Source: an uncultured Methanosarcinaceae archaeon
GTDB taxonomy: Archaea; Halobacteriota; Methanosarcinia; Methanosarcinales; Methanosarcinaceae
Assembly: GCA_963818955.1 (NCBI GenBank)
Contig: CAWFUY010000028.1
Span: forward strand, 100,486-164,485
DNA length: 64,000 bases
Direction: 5' to 3'
Of the stretch, positions 32,029-43,319 are shown piece by piece (position 1 is the first letter of the stretch; each line of letters opens with the position of its first letter). A program made the position numbers and the translations under genes. The notes beneath the pieces were generated by a model that saw only the letters and a program-made list of their open reading frames with translations, made no database searches and was not told the origin of the DNA.

Positions 32029-32456
32029 TTTTATGAGTAAAAATAGATTAGAATTTTCAAGTTCATATTAGAGTGAAATATTTTAATACTTGATTAACTT
32101 TTTTATTACTACACGTATATTTATATTTAATCCGGTTATTTTTGTGGCTAGATAACTGCAAATGAAATATTAAGTGAACTTTGAACAGAACTAATCTGGA
32201 CAAAATAAGTTTATTCTGTTGAAATGAGAACTTCAAAGATACAGTTCAAAAAATGAGAATGAAGTAATTAATCAGATCAATTTATTATAAATAAAACATT
32301 ATTTCATATTGTGAAAAGCTAACAGAAATAAGTATAAAAAATCTCGTCTTTATTTTTTATAAACAAAAATGATTGCGTTCATTTTTCAAGACTATTAAAG
32401 TTACTTCTTTTATCTTTTCCAAAATTTGCGGTCTAAATTCAAAATAAGGGATAACA

Positions 32457-33911
32457 ATGGACGGAAAGTATCTGAATTATATACGGCAAAACAAGAAAAA
32501 AATTGCTGTTTCTGTTGCCGTTATAATCCTTGTGATTGTTCTCGGGATAGCTCTTCATCCTGATAAATACTTCAGGCCATCCAGTACAGAGGCAAATAAG
32601 ACTGTTTATGTAGCTGGTGATGGAAGTGGGGATTTCAATTGTGATGGAAGTGATGACCAGGTAGAAATAAACAAGGCTCTTAAATATGTAGCAGAGAATC
32701 CTGAGTACTCTACCGTTTGTTTAAAGGGTCCCGGGACGTACGTTATTTCAGACAGCATTTTTATTGGAAGCAAGACGGTCCTGGAAGGAAATTCTACAGC
32801 CGTAATAAAACTTGCTAATAAGGCTGGCTGGCCTTCTATGAAGCCTCTGATCCAGCAGATGGATAGTTCCGGAAACTCTAACATCACCGTAAAGGGCTTT
32901 GAAGTAAATGTAAACTATCCAGGTAATAATGAAATCACGTTAGGGAAAGGGTACTATAATGTCATGCACTTTAAAAACTGTACAAATGTTGAAGTAAGCA
33001 ATATGTATCTGCATCATGGAACAGGAGACGGGTTAAGAATAGAGAATAGCTCAGATATTAGGTTTTATAATAATAAAATATATAAACTCGGGCATGATGG
33101 CCTTTATGCCATTAATTGTCTGAATGTAGAAGCCTGGAACAACCGCATAACCTGCAGGACTGATAGCGGTCTTAGAGCATGGGATTCAAACCGTGTGAGA
33201 TTTCACGATAATGTAATTAATTCTTTTTACCACTGGAGTGCAGGCGGGCCCGGGATTCAGATCGAGAAATCAAAAGGCGTCGTCAACGATGTAGAGATAT
33301 ATAATAACACTATCTATGACACTTTTGGACCTGGAATCTGGCTGTTAGGTTATGGAGAGTCTTATCCTGAAAAAGAGGCTCAGAATGTTCACATCCATAA
33401 CAATATTCTCTACAATACCGGCACGAATCCAAGTATTGACTGGGTAGGTGGAGTAATAACAAGTGGATTTTACGATACCCTTATAGAAAATAATGTCTTT
33501 GACGGAGTATATCATGCTGCCGTTATACACATGACTCCGGATCTTCCTGACATTGACATCTCCCCTCAAGTTAAGGGGTATACGACGATTGTTCGCAACA
33601 ATATAATAGTAAATACCCAGAAGCGTGCAAAAGACTCTAACGGAACAGGTTATGCAATAATTAATTATCTTCCTGAAATAAGCTCCTTTGTATTGGAAAA
33701 TAATTGCCTCTATAAAAATGAAGGGGGAAATTATAAAAATGCAAATTCAAGCACTGACATCTATGCAGATCCGCTTTTTGTGAACCAGAAAAACCATAAT
33801 TATCGCCTGAAACAAAAATCTCCCTGTATTGGTACCGGGTATCTTCTTCCGGATACTGCAAATGAATCTGGAAATAGTAATGTAAGTGTAAACATAGGGA
33901 GGTACAGCTAA
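32457..33911 (+). CDS. Membrane-anchored right-handed beta-helix (disaggregatase-related) protein
   Basis: N-terminal TM; VYVAGDGSGDFNCDGSDDQVEINKAL; DIYADPLF...YRL..SPCIG. Confidence 0.88.
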   Translation: MDGKYLNYIRQNKKKIAVSVAVIILVIVLGIALHPDKYFRPSSTEANKTVYVAGDGSGDFNCDGSDDQVEINKALKYVAENPEYSTVCLKGPGTYVISDSIFIGSKTVLEGNSTAVIKLANKAGWPSMKPLIQQMDSSGNSNITVKGFEVNVNYPGNNEITLGKGYYNVMHFKNCTNVEVSNMYLHHGTGDGLRIENSSDIRFYNNKIYKLGHDGLYAINCLNVEAWNNRITCRTDSGLRAWDSNRVRFHDNVINSFYHWSAGGPGIQIEKSKGVVNDVEIYNNTIYDTFGPGIWLLGYGESYPEKEAQNVHIHNNILYNTGTNPSIDWVGGVITSGFYDTLIENNVFDGVYHAAVIHMTPDLPDIDISPQVKGYTTIVRNNIIVNTQKRAKDSNGTGYAIINYLPEISSFVLENNCLYKNEGGNYKNANSSTDIYADPLFVNQKNHNYRLKQKSPCIGTGYLLPDTANESGNSNVSVNIGRYS

Positions 33912-34032
33912 TTGAGAACTAACAAAATCCTATCACGAAAAAGTGTTTAATTCAAATATTGTTCTGCCGGAATGACAGAGAAAAGATAGCCCAGGTGTCA
34001 GGAACCTGGGTCCTTATCCGAAAAACAGGCAA

Positions 34033-34299
34033 TTAGAGAATTTTATCGAGTTCCGCTGCCAATACACTGCCCTGGGTTACCCCCATAAAGCGTTTTACTT
34101 CGACTCCATCTTTCTGGATGATCAATGTCGGGACAGCATGTATGCCAAATTTTGAGGCAAGCTGCTGGTTCTCATCTACATCTATAACTTGGAACTCAAC
34201 TTTATCCTTGTACTTTTTTTCGAGCTCTTCTATAATTGGTTTTTGCATCCTGCAAGGTCCGCACCATGTTGCCGAAAAGTCCATTAAGACTGGCTTCAT
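34033..34299 (-). CDS. trxA: Thioredoxin
   Basis: DFSATWCGPC, AVPTL; AGGTGA RBS before ATG 34299. Confidence 0.93.
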   Translation of the reverse strand: MKPVLMDFSATWCGPCRMQKPIIEELEKKYKDKVEFQVIDVDENQQLASKFGIHAVPTLIIQKDGVEVKRFMGVTQGSVLAAELDKIL

Positions 34300-34544
34300 A
34301 AAATCACCTATCATATTTTGGAATGATTGAAACTTTCTTTTCTTATTTAATCTTTTTGGAAAGCTGACAAAAATCGTACAAAATTGCCTGCACGACAACT
34401 ACCGGAAACCCAATCCTGATGATAGACGACCTCATAGATGGAATTACCAAATACAGGGTCGGAACTTATTTGTTATATATTATCATTGAGCATATATAAC
34501 GCTATCTCAGTCTTTAAAAACTTAAAAAAGATATGTATGAGTAC

Positions 34545-35360
34545 TCATTCACTCTTCGGACTTTCTATTACTCTACGTTCTGTTTTTCCCTTAATAATAT
34601 TGCCGAAATACATACAACCTTCCATAGATATCGTTGGCATGTCCGGCGATTCATTTATCATATTAACAGGGGCACCCCGGACCAGCACACACGGTATTCT
34701 TTCGTCGGCTTCTCCCATTAGAAGCTCTGCAGCAGAAACCAGGTTATCTGCCACTGCTTTGTATGTAATATGGAGAGGTTTTCCGTATATATCGCAGGTT
34801 CCACGGGCATCTTCAACAGGTATGAATCCTGAGACTCCAAGAGCTATCCCTGTGCAACCAAGCCTTAAGGGTTGAGTCCTGCTGTCTCCGATAATTACTC
34901 CGAGCCTGCACGAATAGCGCCGTTCAAGACGTGTGCGGATAGTCTCCGAACTTTTTTTCGGATCTTCAGGAAGAAGAATTACACGACCTTCTGGTGCGTT
35001 CGATGCATCAATTCCCGCATTGGGAGCCAGAACACCTTTGGTAACAGTGAGGGCAGCTCCGGGTACACCACCAAAGATCTCATCGCACTCCTGAAGTACA
35101 AGTTCCATCTCCCGGGGGTCAATTCCATACTGTTCTCCAAGAGACAGTGCCTTTTCCCCAGGAATAATACTTGTAAGCTCAATAACTCGCCTCTCTGCCG
35201 TACCAACCGCAGATTCAGCCAGAACTAAAATATCGCCGTCAATTGGAACAATGCCTGCATCTTCAAGCGAATCTTCCAAAATGCGTACTAAGTCATCTCC
35301 TTCCCTAATAATGGGAGTCTTAATTCCAAACATCTGAATGGAAGTTTTTTTAGAATTCAT
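34545..35360 (-). CDS. cofE: Coenzyme F420:L-glutamate ligase
   Basis: PIIREGDDL, PNAGIDASN, GVIIGDSRTQPLRLG, DIYGKPL, LLMGEADE. Confidence 0.9.
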   Translation of the reverse strand: MNSKKTSIQMFGIKTPIIREGDDLVRILEDSLEDAGIVPIDGDILVLAESAVGTAERRVIELTSIIPGEKALSLGEQYGIDPREMELVLQECDEIFGGVPGAALTVTKGVLAPNAGIDASNAPEGRVILLPEDPKKSSETIRTRLERRYSCRLGVIIGDSRTQPLRLGCTGIALGVSGFIPVEDARGTCDIYGKPLHITYKAVADNLVSAAELLMGEADERIPCVLVRGAPVNMINESPDMPTISMEGCMYFGNIIKGKTERRVIESPKSE

Positions 35361-35404
35361 ATTTTGCTATCCGTAAAATTGTTATAGGTCCAGTATTACC
35401 TTTT

Positions 35405-36341
35405 TTACTGGCTGAAACTTTCCAGAATCTTAATGTTTTCTCCGTATTTGCGGATTTCTAGAACGGTTTCGACTCTTGAAACCCTATACGAATGTTCCTG
35501 CCTTTTCTCGGCTTTTCTAGCCTGGTATACCCTGATAGAGCGGAGAAGATCTATTTTTCTGAACTCGGGCCAGAAAGGAACACAGAAATATGCTGCGCAT
35601 TCACTTCCGTTAGCTTGCCAGGGGAGGAAATTGGAAACTCTCTCATCCCCGCCGGTGCGAATGATCAGGTCAACATTCGGAACGGAAACCCCGGGAGCAG
35701 GATAGAGGTGTTCTGAGATTAAGTTTATATCCACGTCTTCCAGAGCAAGCTCTCCCACTTGAAATAGAGCCTGCAATATCCCTTACAGCCTGGATAATGT
35801 CCTGTCGACCTCCGTAAGCTATGGCTACGTTCAAATGAAATTTCCTATAATGTTCGGTTGATTTTTCTATTATGTCAATTGACTCGTTTAGAAAATCAGG
35901 CAGTTTTGATCTGTCGCCAATGACTCGAATCTGCATCTCTTTCTCATGTGTCCTCGGGTCAGAATAAAGTTTAAGAAACTTCTGGTTGATCAGGTGAAAA
36001 AGGCCATCCACTTCCTCTTCGGAACGCTGGAAATTTTCCGTAGAGAAAGCATAAAGAGTAAGCTGTTTTACTCCTATTTCATAACACCACTCGATCACCT
36101 TTTCGGTCACTTCTGCTCCCATGGCATGCCCGTAACTTCGAGTCTTTCCCATCTGCCCTGCAAACCTGCGGTTTCCGTCGCATATCACAGCTATATGATG
36201 AGGGATCTCTAGATTTTGGATCCTCTTTTCGAGTCTGTGCTCATATCTATGATAAAATACACTGAAAGTGCGGTTTTTCAAGAAACGAAATCCCGCTCCG
36301 AGAGCTCTTCTCCAATGTAAGTTTGTCTTTAAATTCGTCAA
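35405..36341 (-). CDS. uppS: cis-prenyltransferase (UppS), single +1 frameshift near 35755
   Basis: [31 protein letters not shown]; second frame [19 protein letters not shown]. Confidence 0.92.
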
Positions 36342-36539
36342 TGTGCCCCCTTTAAATATAGGCTGAGAGAACATATAATATGTTTTTTCGGATTTATTTT
36401 TTTGCGGGATGTTCAAATATATTTTAAGAGATTATGTTCAACATAATTTAATTTTTCGGTAATAACTGATTGGACAGTTCCAATGTTTACCTGGAAAAAT
36501 ACAGGTGTAAAAAAAATAGAAATATAAAAAGGAAAATTT

Positions 36540-37703
36540 ATGAGAAGGATAATTAAAAATGCCAAAATATATACGATGTCAGAAGCTGGAATTTTAGAAA
36601 ACGCAGACATACTTATCGAAGATAATAAAATAATTGAAGTGGGAGAAATTGATGTCGGGGCAGATGAGGTATTTAATGCAACTGGAAAACTTGTTTTCCC
36701 GGGATTTATAGATGCGCACTCTCATCTTGGAATGTTTGAGGATTCAATCGGCTTTGAGGGAGATGACGGTAATGAGGACACTGACCCTGTTACCCCACAT
36801 ATGAGGGCAATCGATGGGATAAACCCCTGTGACCGCTGTTTTAGTGAAGCCTTAAGCGCCGGAATTACTACAACGGCAACGGGTCCGGGTAGTACGAATA
36901 TTATAGGCGGGCAGTTTGCTGTAATAAAAACTTATGGTAAAAGAATAGACAATATGATAATTAAAGCACCTGCTGCAATAAAGATAGCTTTTGGGGAGAA
37001 TCCGAAACGTGTATACAAAGAAAAACAAAAGTCACCAACTACTCGAATGGCAACTGCGGCTACTTTAAGGGAAACGTTGTTTAAAACCATTGAATATATG
37101 AGCAAAAAAGAGAAAGCTGCGGCTAAAAATGAAGAAGGGCCTGATTATAATTTAAAATACGAAAGTTTGATTCCTGTTTTAAAAGGTGAGATTCCATTAA
37201 AGGCTCATGCACACAGGGCTGATGACATATACACAGCAATTCGAATTGCCAAAGAATTTAATCTGAAACTTACACTTGACCATGTTACTGAAGGATACTT
37301 GATGCTAGATGAGCTTAAAAAAGAAAAATATCCCTGCATAGTTGGACCTAATCTAACGATGAGGTCAAAAATTGAACTCAAAAACCTGAGCTTCGAGAAT
37401 GCCGGGAAATTGTCAAAGAACGGTATATTGGTTGCACTTATGACTGACCATCCTGTGATCCCAATTCAGTATCTCATTTTATGCGCAGCATTATCGGTTA
37501 AAGAAGGAATGGAAGAATATGAAGCTTTAAAAGCAATAACTATAAATCCCGCCAAAATACTTGGGATAGATAACAGAGTTGGCAGCATTGAAAAAGGAAA
37601 AGATGCTGATATTGTCATTATAAACGGTCATCCATTTGACACTTTCTCAAATATTGAAAGAGTTTTAGTAGATGGTGAAATTGCTTATGATGCAGAGAGG
37701 TGA
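36540..37703 (+). CDS. Amidohydrolase family protein
   Basis: PGFIDAHSHLG, KIAFGENPK, HAHRADD, TDHPV, GSIEKGKDADIV. Confidence 0.92.
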   Translation: MRRIIKNAKIYTMSEAGILENADILIEDNKIIEVGEIDVGADEVFNATGKLVFPGFIDAHSHLGMFEDSIGFEGDDGNEDTDPVTPHMRAIDGINPCDRCFSEALSAGITTTATGPGSTNIIGGQFAVIKTYGKRIDNMIIKAPAAIKIAFGENPKRVYKEKQKSPTTRMATAATLRETLFKTIEYMSKKEKAAAKNEEGPDYNLKYESLIPVLKGEIPLKAHAHRADDIYTAIRIAKEFNLKLTLDHVTEGYLMLDELKKEKYPCIVGPNLTMRSKIELKNLSFENAGKLSKNGILVALMTDHPVIPIQYLILCAALSVKEGMEEYEALKAITINPAKILGIDNRVGSIEKGKDADIVIINGHPFDTFSNIERVLVDGEIAYDAER

Positions 37704-37877
37704 ATGCTGCTAAGAATAAACGGCATATGCTGTTTTGATAATATCTTAACCTGCTTAAGCCACTGAGATAGGAGTCATTTGAGATTTTAAAAATAAATAT
37801 CGTAAATTACTCTATCTAAAACTTTTCATTTTATAAAGTACCTGAGTTGGCTTTGCGCTGCAATGGATGTTTTCTGT

Positions 37878-38060
37878 CTATTTGTCATCGCTTAAAGATA
37901 TGTCCCGTATTTCCAAAAGTTCACATAACCTATTCAAAGCATACTTTTTTTCGTGTATCATAACTTCCAACTTATTAACTTCCACTTCCAGCTGCGCAAT
38001 TTCTATTTTTAGTTGTATGACCTGCTCTTTTATAAGATCATTACTCTGCATCCTATCCAC
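37878..38060 (-). CDS. Small coiled-coil hypothetical protein
   Basis: 60-aa ORF with clear heptad pattern. Confidence 0.4.
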   Translation of the reverse strand: MDRMQSNDLIKEQVIQLKIEIAQLEVEVNKLEVMIHEKKYALNRLCELLEIRDISLSDDK

Positions 38061-38362
38061 CCAAAATACTGATTTTATGTTTCTAAGCCATGATACCGCT
38101 TTTACATATAAATTATTGCTTTAGTTTACATATTAACTACAACAAGTTAAGATTTTCTTTTGTAGAAAATCTTTATAAACTTCGACAGAGCCTCTTTACC
38201 TAGCGAAATGTTTTTAGGCACTTATTTCATTTAATCGTTATATGTTTGGTATAATATCAAATATTTTGGTGCAATACCAAACTTTGAAAAGCATAAACTT
38301 AATATGTTCATCCTAAAAATGAGCCGAGAATGTGAAAATCGCTCATTGTAAGAGGCTATTAA

Positions 38363-39304
38363 ATGGAAGCAAATTACTTGTTTGATATTTTCTCAGACGC
38401 TTTAATAGACAGCGCAAAAATGATACCATTGCTTCTTATAATCTATATCGGAATAGAAATGGTTGAGTACAAGTATGCGAACAAAATAAGGGAAGCTGTG
38501 CAAAAGGCCGGGAAAGCCGGGCCTGCCATAGGCGCGGTGACCGGAAGTTTCCCTCAATGCGGCATATCCGTTGTCGCTTCGGCTCTATATACACAAAGAT
38601 TAGCCACTATTGGCACTTTGCTTGCTGTCTATCTGGCCACTTCGGACGAGGCAATTCCGGTAATTCTTTCTCAACCCGAAAAAGCTGAGATCATTGTGCC
38701 TTTGATTCTAACTAAAATAGTTATCGCTATAATTGCAGGATACACTGTCGATTTCTTTTATAAAAAATCGAATGCAGATACCTTAATCCATATTAAAGCA
38801 TATGCAGAGGGTTCGGATAGTAAAAATCATAATCACGAAATGATTGTAGAAGAGAAAGCGTGTTGTGGTCACAGTACAAGTCCGGATTCTACGGGATTTA
38901 ATTCTAAGGAGATTATCCTTCACCCAATAATCCATACTGCCAAGGTTTTTATTTTCATCTTCAGCGTTACATTTGCAATAAATTTTTTAATTGCTCAAAT
39001 TGGGGAAAAAGCTTTCGAAACGATGTTCCTGGGAGTTGGCGCATTCCAGCCAGTTTTACTGGCAATATTAGGGCTTATCCCAAACTGTGCAGCCTCGGTT
39101 GCAATAACTATGTTATACCTCAAAGGTGCCATTACTTACGGTTCAATGATTGCAGGGCTCTGTGCGAGTGGTGGCCTGGGATTACTAGTTCTGTTTAAAG
39201 AGGAAAAGGACAAAAAAGAAGTGTTAAGGATATTGCTTTTACTGTTTGGTATTAGTGTCCTTGCGGGGTATACTATCCAGTATATATTACCTTTCTTTTT
39301 GTAA
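38363..39304 (+). CDS. Putative metal (Mn-type) transporter membrane protein
   Basis: PQCG, LATSDEAIP, His/Cys-rich loop (HNHE..CCGH), GLIPNCAASV. Confidence 0.75.
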   Translation: MEANYLFDIFSDALIDSAKMIPLLLIIYIGIEMVEYKYANKIREAVQKAGKAGPAIGAVTGSFPQCGISVVASALYTQRLATIGTLLAVYLATSDEAIPVILSQPEKAEIIVPLILTKIVIAIIAGYTVDFFYKKSNADTLIHIKAYAEGSDSKNHNHEMIVEEKACCGHSTSPDSTGFNSKEIILHPIIHTAKVFIFIFSVTFAINFLIAQIGEKAFETMFLGVGAFQPVLLAILGLIPNCAASVAITMLYLKGAITYGSMIAGLCASGGLGLLVLFKEEKDKKEVLRILLLLFGISVLAGYTIQYILPFFL

Positions 39305-39322
39305 TCGCTGCTTGTTGATCAT

Positions 39323-39679
39323 TCAAACCAATCCTACAGTCTGTACTAAACTGTACCCAATAAAAATGACCATAAGGTTATTTAGGGTTACCAGGAGGCC
39401 GATTACCTCTATAGTATGTTTTAATATGGGCCACGCATATCTATTTAATTTCATTTTTGGGGCTATATAAAATAGGAGTAGAATAATTAATATTTTTGGA
39501 AGTAATAACCAATATATCCCATAACGTCCTAATATCACGGCAGGTATTGTATTGTATTCTACTCCAAAGGGGAGGGCATAAACTGTAGAAACCCAGTCTC
39601 CTATAACGTAAAAAAAAATTATAAAACGAATGTCAGATAGATAAGAACTGAAACTTTTTTGAATGTTGACGACTTCCAG
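39323..39679 (-). CDS. DUF5658-like small membrane protein, probable CTG start
   Basis: Frame is open upstream of the tracked ORF: FYVIGDWVSTVYALPFGVEYN; AGGAAGG precedes CTG at 39679. Confidence 0.6.
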   Translation of the reverse strand: MEVVNIQKSFSSYLSDIRFIIFFYVIGDWVSTVYALPFGVEYNTIPAVILGRYGIYWLLLPKILIILLLFYIAPKMKLNRYAWPILKHTIEVIGLLVTLNNLMVIFIGYSLVQTVGLV

Positions 39680-40156
39680 TGAAAAACCTTCCTGATTTCT
39701 TTATTTGAAATAGAATTATACGTTCAATAATCGATAATAGTACTATACTAGCAACAACTTCTTACAAATAAACACAGAATTTATTATTAAATTTATTACT
39801 TTACTTTTTTGATTTGAATTTTGTTTTTTTAAAGTCGTAAAGTTATTCTGTATTAAATAACTGACAAAATTAGGATTACAATTCGGTCTTTTTTGTATAA
39901 AAATAGAGAATATTTCGGAAAGGAAAAATGAGATTGAGTCTTTGTGTTTCCTTCCATAATGCAAAAAGATGGCTTTGGGTAAATTACAAATTTTTAAAAC
40001 AAAATTTGGCATACCTCCAAATTTTGAGAATGGACTGACTTAAGAGTATTTAGAACTTCAAATTAAAAAAAATAAAAAATTGATTTTATAAATATTGGTA
40101 ATCTATTTAAAAACCAGATTTTATTTAAAGGGACCATTTTTTATATTTTTGTACCT

Positions 40157-40225
40157 TTATTCCTCTCCCATTTCTTTTCTAAATTCTATATAATCTCTCT
40201 CGACTTCTTCGAGTTCGTATTCCAT
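40157..40225 (-). CDS. Putative 22-aa acidic peptide
   Basis: GGGGGA RBS then ATG; MEYELEEVERDYIEFRKEMGEE. Confidence 0.3.
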   Translation of the reverse strand: MEYELEEVERDYIEFRKEMGEE

Positions 40226-40466
40226 TTTATCCCCCCATATTTAATTATAATCACAGTAATTTTATTCTTTTATTTGTTTATTTATGAAATCTTTGTTAAA
40301 ATTTGCTTTAATCCCCATTTTGAAAACGCTCTTTACTTATATAAAGGTTTCCGTAAACCCGTTTACTGTAACACTCAACGCTGAAAGTTGACATTTCTAT
40401 TTATTATTTGTCACAAAGTGTGGCAAAATAGGATATTTTTATATTAAATTGTGACAATTTTTTACC

Positions 40467-41666
40467 ATGCGGAAAAGTCCAAAACCTGAACTCGTACTGG
40501 GTATAAGGAACCTTGCCGGGCTGGAGGCCTGTTACCGATATGCAGATGCTGTCTACTTTTCTATAGACAGGCTCAGCCTGAGGGCAAAAGCAAACGATAT
40601 TACTCTGGATGAACTTGATAATTTTACTTCGGAAATTAAAGCTAGAGGGCTCAAAGCTTATCTTGCTGTAAATTCAACAGTAAATGAGGACAGGCTTGGG
40701 GATGTTTCGGATATAATAGCTGCAGCTACAAAGACAGGAATAGACGCGGTCATTGCCTGGGACCCGGCTGTTATTCTACAGGCAAGGAAGGCCGGTCTTC
40801 GAATTCATATTTCTACACAGACAAATGTTACAAATCATGAAGCTGCGGAATTCTACCGAACTCTGGGGGCAGATCGAATCGTACTTTCGAGAGAGCTTTC
40901 CCTGGCGGAAATAAGTAAAATCGTCCGACAAACTGAATTAGAGATCGAAACTTTTGTACATGGTGCTATGTGCATGGCAATATCGGGAAGGTGCCATCTT
41001 TCAGCTCACATCCTTGGGAAATCCGGAAACTGTGGAGAGTGTACCCAACCCTGCCGCTGGCAGTGGGAGCTTCACGGAGAAGACGGTATTGTTGCACAGA
41101 GCCTGGGGAAATACCTTCTCAGTGCCAAAGATCTCTGCCTGATAGAACATATTCCGGAGCTCTTTTCCGCCGGAATAGATTCCTTTAAAGTGGAAGGGAG
41201 GCTGCGAGATCCCTTATATCTTGAAGTTGTTTCCCGCTGCTACAGGGAAGCAATCGATGCCTGCGAAGCAGGGGATTATATTCCGGAAAAAGTGGAAGAT
41301 TGGAAACACAAACTTGCCTCCGTATATAACAGGGGTTTTTCTACAGGTTTTTACTTTGGGGCTCCCGGTCTCGACGGTTTTTCTCCGGAAAAAGATATGA
41401 ACGCATCTGAAAAAAAACGACGGGCTGCCGGAGTGATTGAAAACTATTATCCGAAACAGCATGCTGCAGCAGTGAGGCTGCTCGAAGAAGGAATCGCAAT
41501 TGGAGACACAATAGTAATCGAAGGAAGCAAGACATACCTGAGGCAGCAGGTCAGTTCCATGAAAAAAGGCGGGAAGGATCTTCTAAGGGCTGAAAAGGGA
41601 GATGAAGTAGGTCTTACCGTAGATGGCATGGTCCGGAAAAATGACAGAGTCTTTATAATTAATTGA
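40467..41666 (+). CDS. U32 family protein (TrhP-like)
   Basis: ADAVYF, HISTQ, HGAMCMAISGRC..S, CTQPCR, FKVEGR. Confidence 0.9.
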   Translation: MRKSPKPELVLGIRNLAGLEACYRYADAVYFSIDRLSLRAKANDITLDELDNFTSEIKARGLKAYLAVNSTVNEDRLGDVSDIIAAATKTGIDAVIAWDPAVILQARKAGLRIHISTQTNVTNHEAAEFYRTLGADRIVLSRELSLAEISKIVRQTELEIETFVHGAMCMAISGRCHLSAHILGKSGNCGECTQPCRWQWELHGEDGIVAQSLGKYLLSAKDLCLIEHIPELFSAGIDSFKVEGRLRDPLYLEVVSRCYREAIDACEAGDYIPEKVEDWKHKLASVYNRGFSTGFYFGAPGLDGFSPEKDMNASEKKRRAAGVIENYYPKQHAAAVRLLEEGIAIGDTIVIEGSKTYLRQQVSSMKKGGKDLLRAEKGDEVGLTVDGMVRKNDRVFIIN

Positions 41667-41827
41667 AATAGCAAAAAAGCGGCTACACCAGTAGCTATAT
41701 ATTGGATTCTTCCTATACGCATCGAACTAAGAAAGCTCAATATATAATTCAGGCAACTCTGCCGACTAAAGTAAGTTTCTCTGTGAACACTAATTATATT
41801 TATCCCGAAGACAGCAAAGGTGATATT

Positions 41828-42793
41828 TTGATAAGCGTAAACGAAAATGGATCATATGTCTTTGAAGAAATGCTCGATTGGAGCGAAGACCTTAAAACTG
41901 AAGTCATTAAGCTAGAAAATGGGGCCACGGTAATTGATTGTGGAGTTAAAGCAGAAGGTGGATATGAAGCCGGTATGTACCTTGCAAGACTCTGTCTCGC
42001 TGACCTTGCCGATCTTAAATATACCATCTTTGATCTCAAAGGGCTTAAGTGGCCTGCCATTCAGGTAGCAACTGACAATCCGGTAATTGCATGTATGGCT
42101 TCCCAGTATGCCGGCTGGAGAATCTCGGTGGGAGGCTACTTCGGAATGGGTTCCGGGCCTGCACGCGCACTCGGATTAAAACCCAGGGAACTCTATGAGG
42201 AGATCGGGTATGAGGATGACTTTGAAGCTGCGGTTCTGGTTATGGAGTCAGATAAAATACCTGATGAGAAGGTTGTGGAATATATCGCAAAGCACTGCAG
42301 TGTAGATCCGGAGGACTTAATGATTGCTGTTGCTCCAACTGCGTCTATTGCCGGTTCGGTGCAAATTTCGGCCCGTGTTGTAGAGACAGGAATTCACAAG
42401 TTTGAATCCATCGGTTTTGACATTAACTGCATTAAAAGTGGATATGGTATTGCCCCTATAGCTCCTATAGTCGGAAACGATGTTCAGTGCATGGGTTCTA
42501 CCAATGACTGCGTGATTTACTGCGGCGAAACAAACTATACAGTGCACTTTAAAGGGGAACTGTCTGAACTAGAGGAATTTATAAAGAGAGTACCCTCCAA
42601 GACTTCTCGGGACTTCGGAAAACCTTTTTATCAAACTTTCAAAGAAGCAGGTTTTGACTTCTTCAAAGTTGATGCAGGCATGTTTGCCCCTGCCAGGCTA
42701 ACGGTAAATGACCTGAACAGTAAAGAGACAATTACCAGCGGTGGGCTTTATCCTGAGATTTTGCTCCAATCCTTTGGAGTTAAACAGGTTTAA
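41828..42793 (+). CDS. mch: Methenyltetrahydromethanopterin cyclohydrolase
   Basis: [52 protein letters not shown]; GGTGA RBS before TTG 41828. Confidence 0.97.
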   Translation: MISVNENGSYVFEEMLDWSEDLKTEVIKLENGATVIDCGVKAEGGYEAGMYLARLCLADLADLKYTIFDLKGLKWPAIQVATDNPVIACMASQYAGWRISVGGYFGMGSGPARALGLKPRELYEEIGYEDDFEAAVLVMESDKIPDEKVVEYIAKHCSVDPEDLMIAVAPTASIAGSVQISARVVETGIHKFESIGFDINCIKSGYGIAPIAPIVGNDVQCMGSTNDCVIYCGETNYTVHFKGELSELEEFIKRVPSKTSRDFGKPFYQTFKEAGFDFFKVDAGMFAPARLTVNDLNSKETITSGGLYPEILLQSFGVKQV

Positions 42794-42887
42794 TAAGACA
42801 AAAGCTTGAAAACGTCAACTTTACAATTATGCGCTCCGTGCAATTGAGTTAAAATTGATTTAGAGTATTCTGTTCAGAGGTAAAATC

Positions 42888-43142
42888 GTGTGTAAGGAAG
42901 AAAAAGAGAAAGCTGAAAACCTTGAAAATTGTAGCTTTGGAGTAATGGGAGAAATTCTAAAAACTCTACAACGAGAAGAAGAGGAATTAGAGCAGACAAA
43001 AACTTGCCTCAGAGAGGTTCCTGCTAACAACACGAGAAATGACCAGATCGAAATACTAAAAGAAATCAATTCAAATCTAAAAGAAATCATCGAAATTCAG
43101 AAAGCAATATTGGAAGAGGTAATAAAAAACCGAATCGAGTAA
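42888..43142 (+). CDS. Hypothetical coiled-coil protein
   Basis: 84-aa ORF with GAGGT RBS. Confidence 0.55.
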   Translation: MCKEEKEKAENLENCSFGVMGEILKTLQREEEELEQTKTCLREVPANNTRNDQIEILKEINSNLKEIIEIQKAILEEVIKNRIE

Positions 43143-43201
43143 GATCCTCCGAATCATCTCTTTTTTGAATTTTCAACTAGAAGCTAAAATTAGTCAGGTC
43201 A

Positions 43202-43285
43202 CAACTCAACTGTTTCAACTCAACTGTTTCAACTCAACTGTTTCAACTTAACTGTCTCAACCCAACTTGCTCGACTCCGGGAGCA
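43202..43285. repeat. 14-bp tandem repeat CAACTCAACTGTTT (3 perfect, 2 degenerate) ending in CGGGAGCA
   Basis: Units at 43202, 43216, 43230, 43244, 43258. Confidence 0.9.
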
Positions 43286-43319
43286 TATATTATATACTAA
43301 AAAAGAAAAGAAAAGAAAG

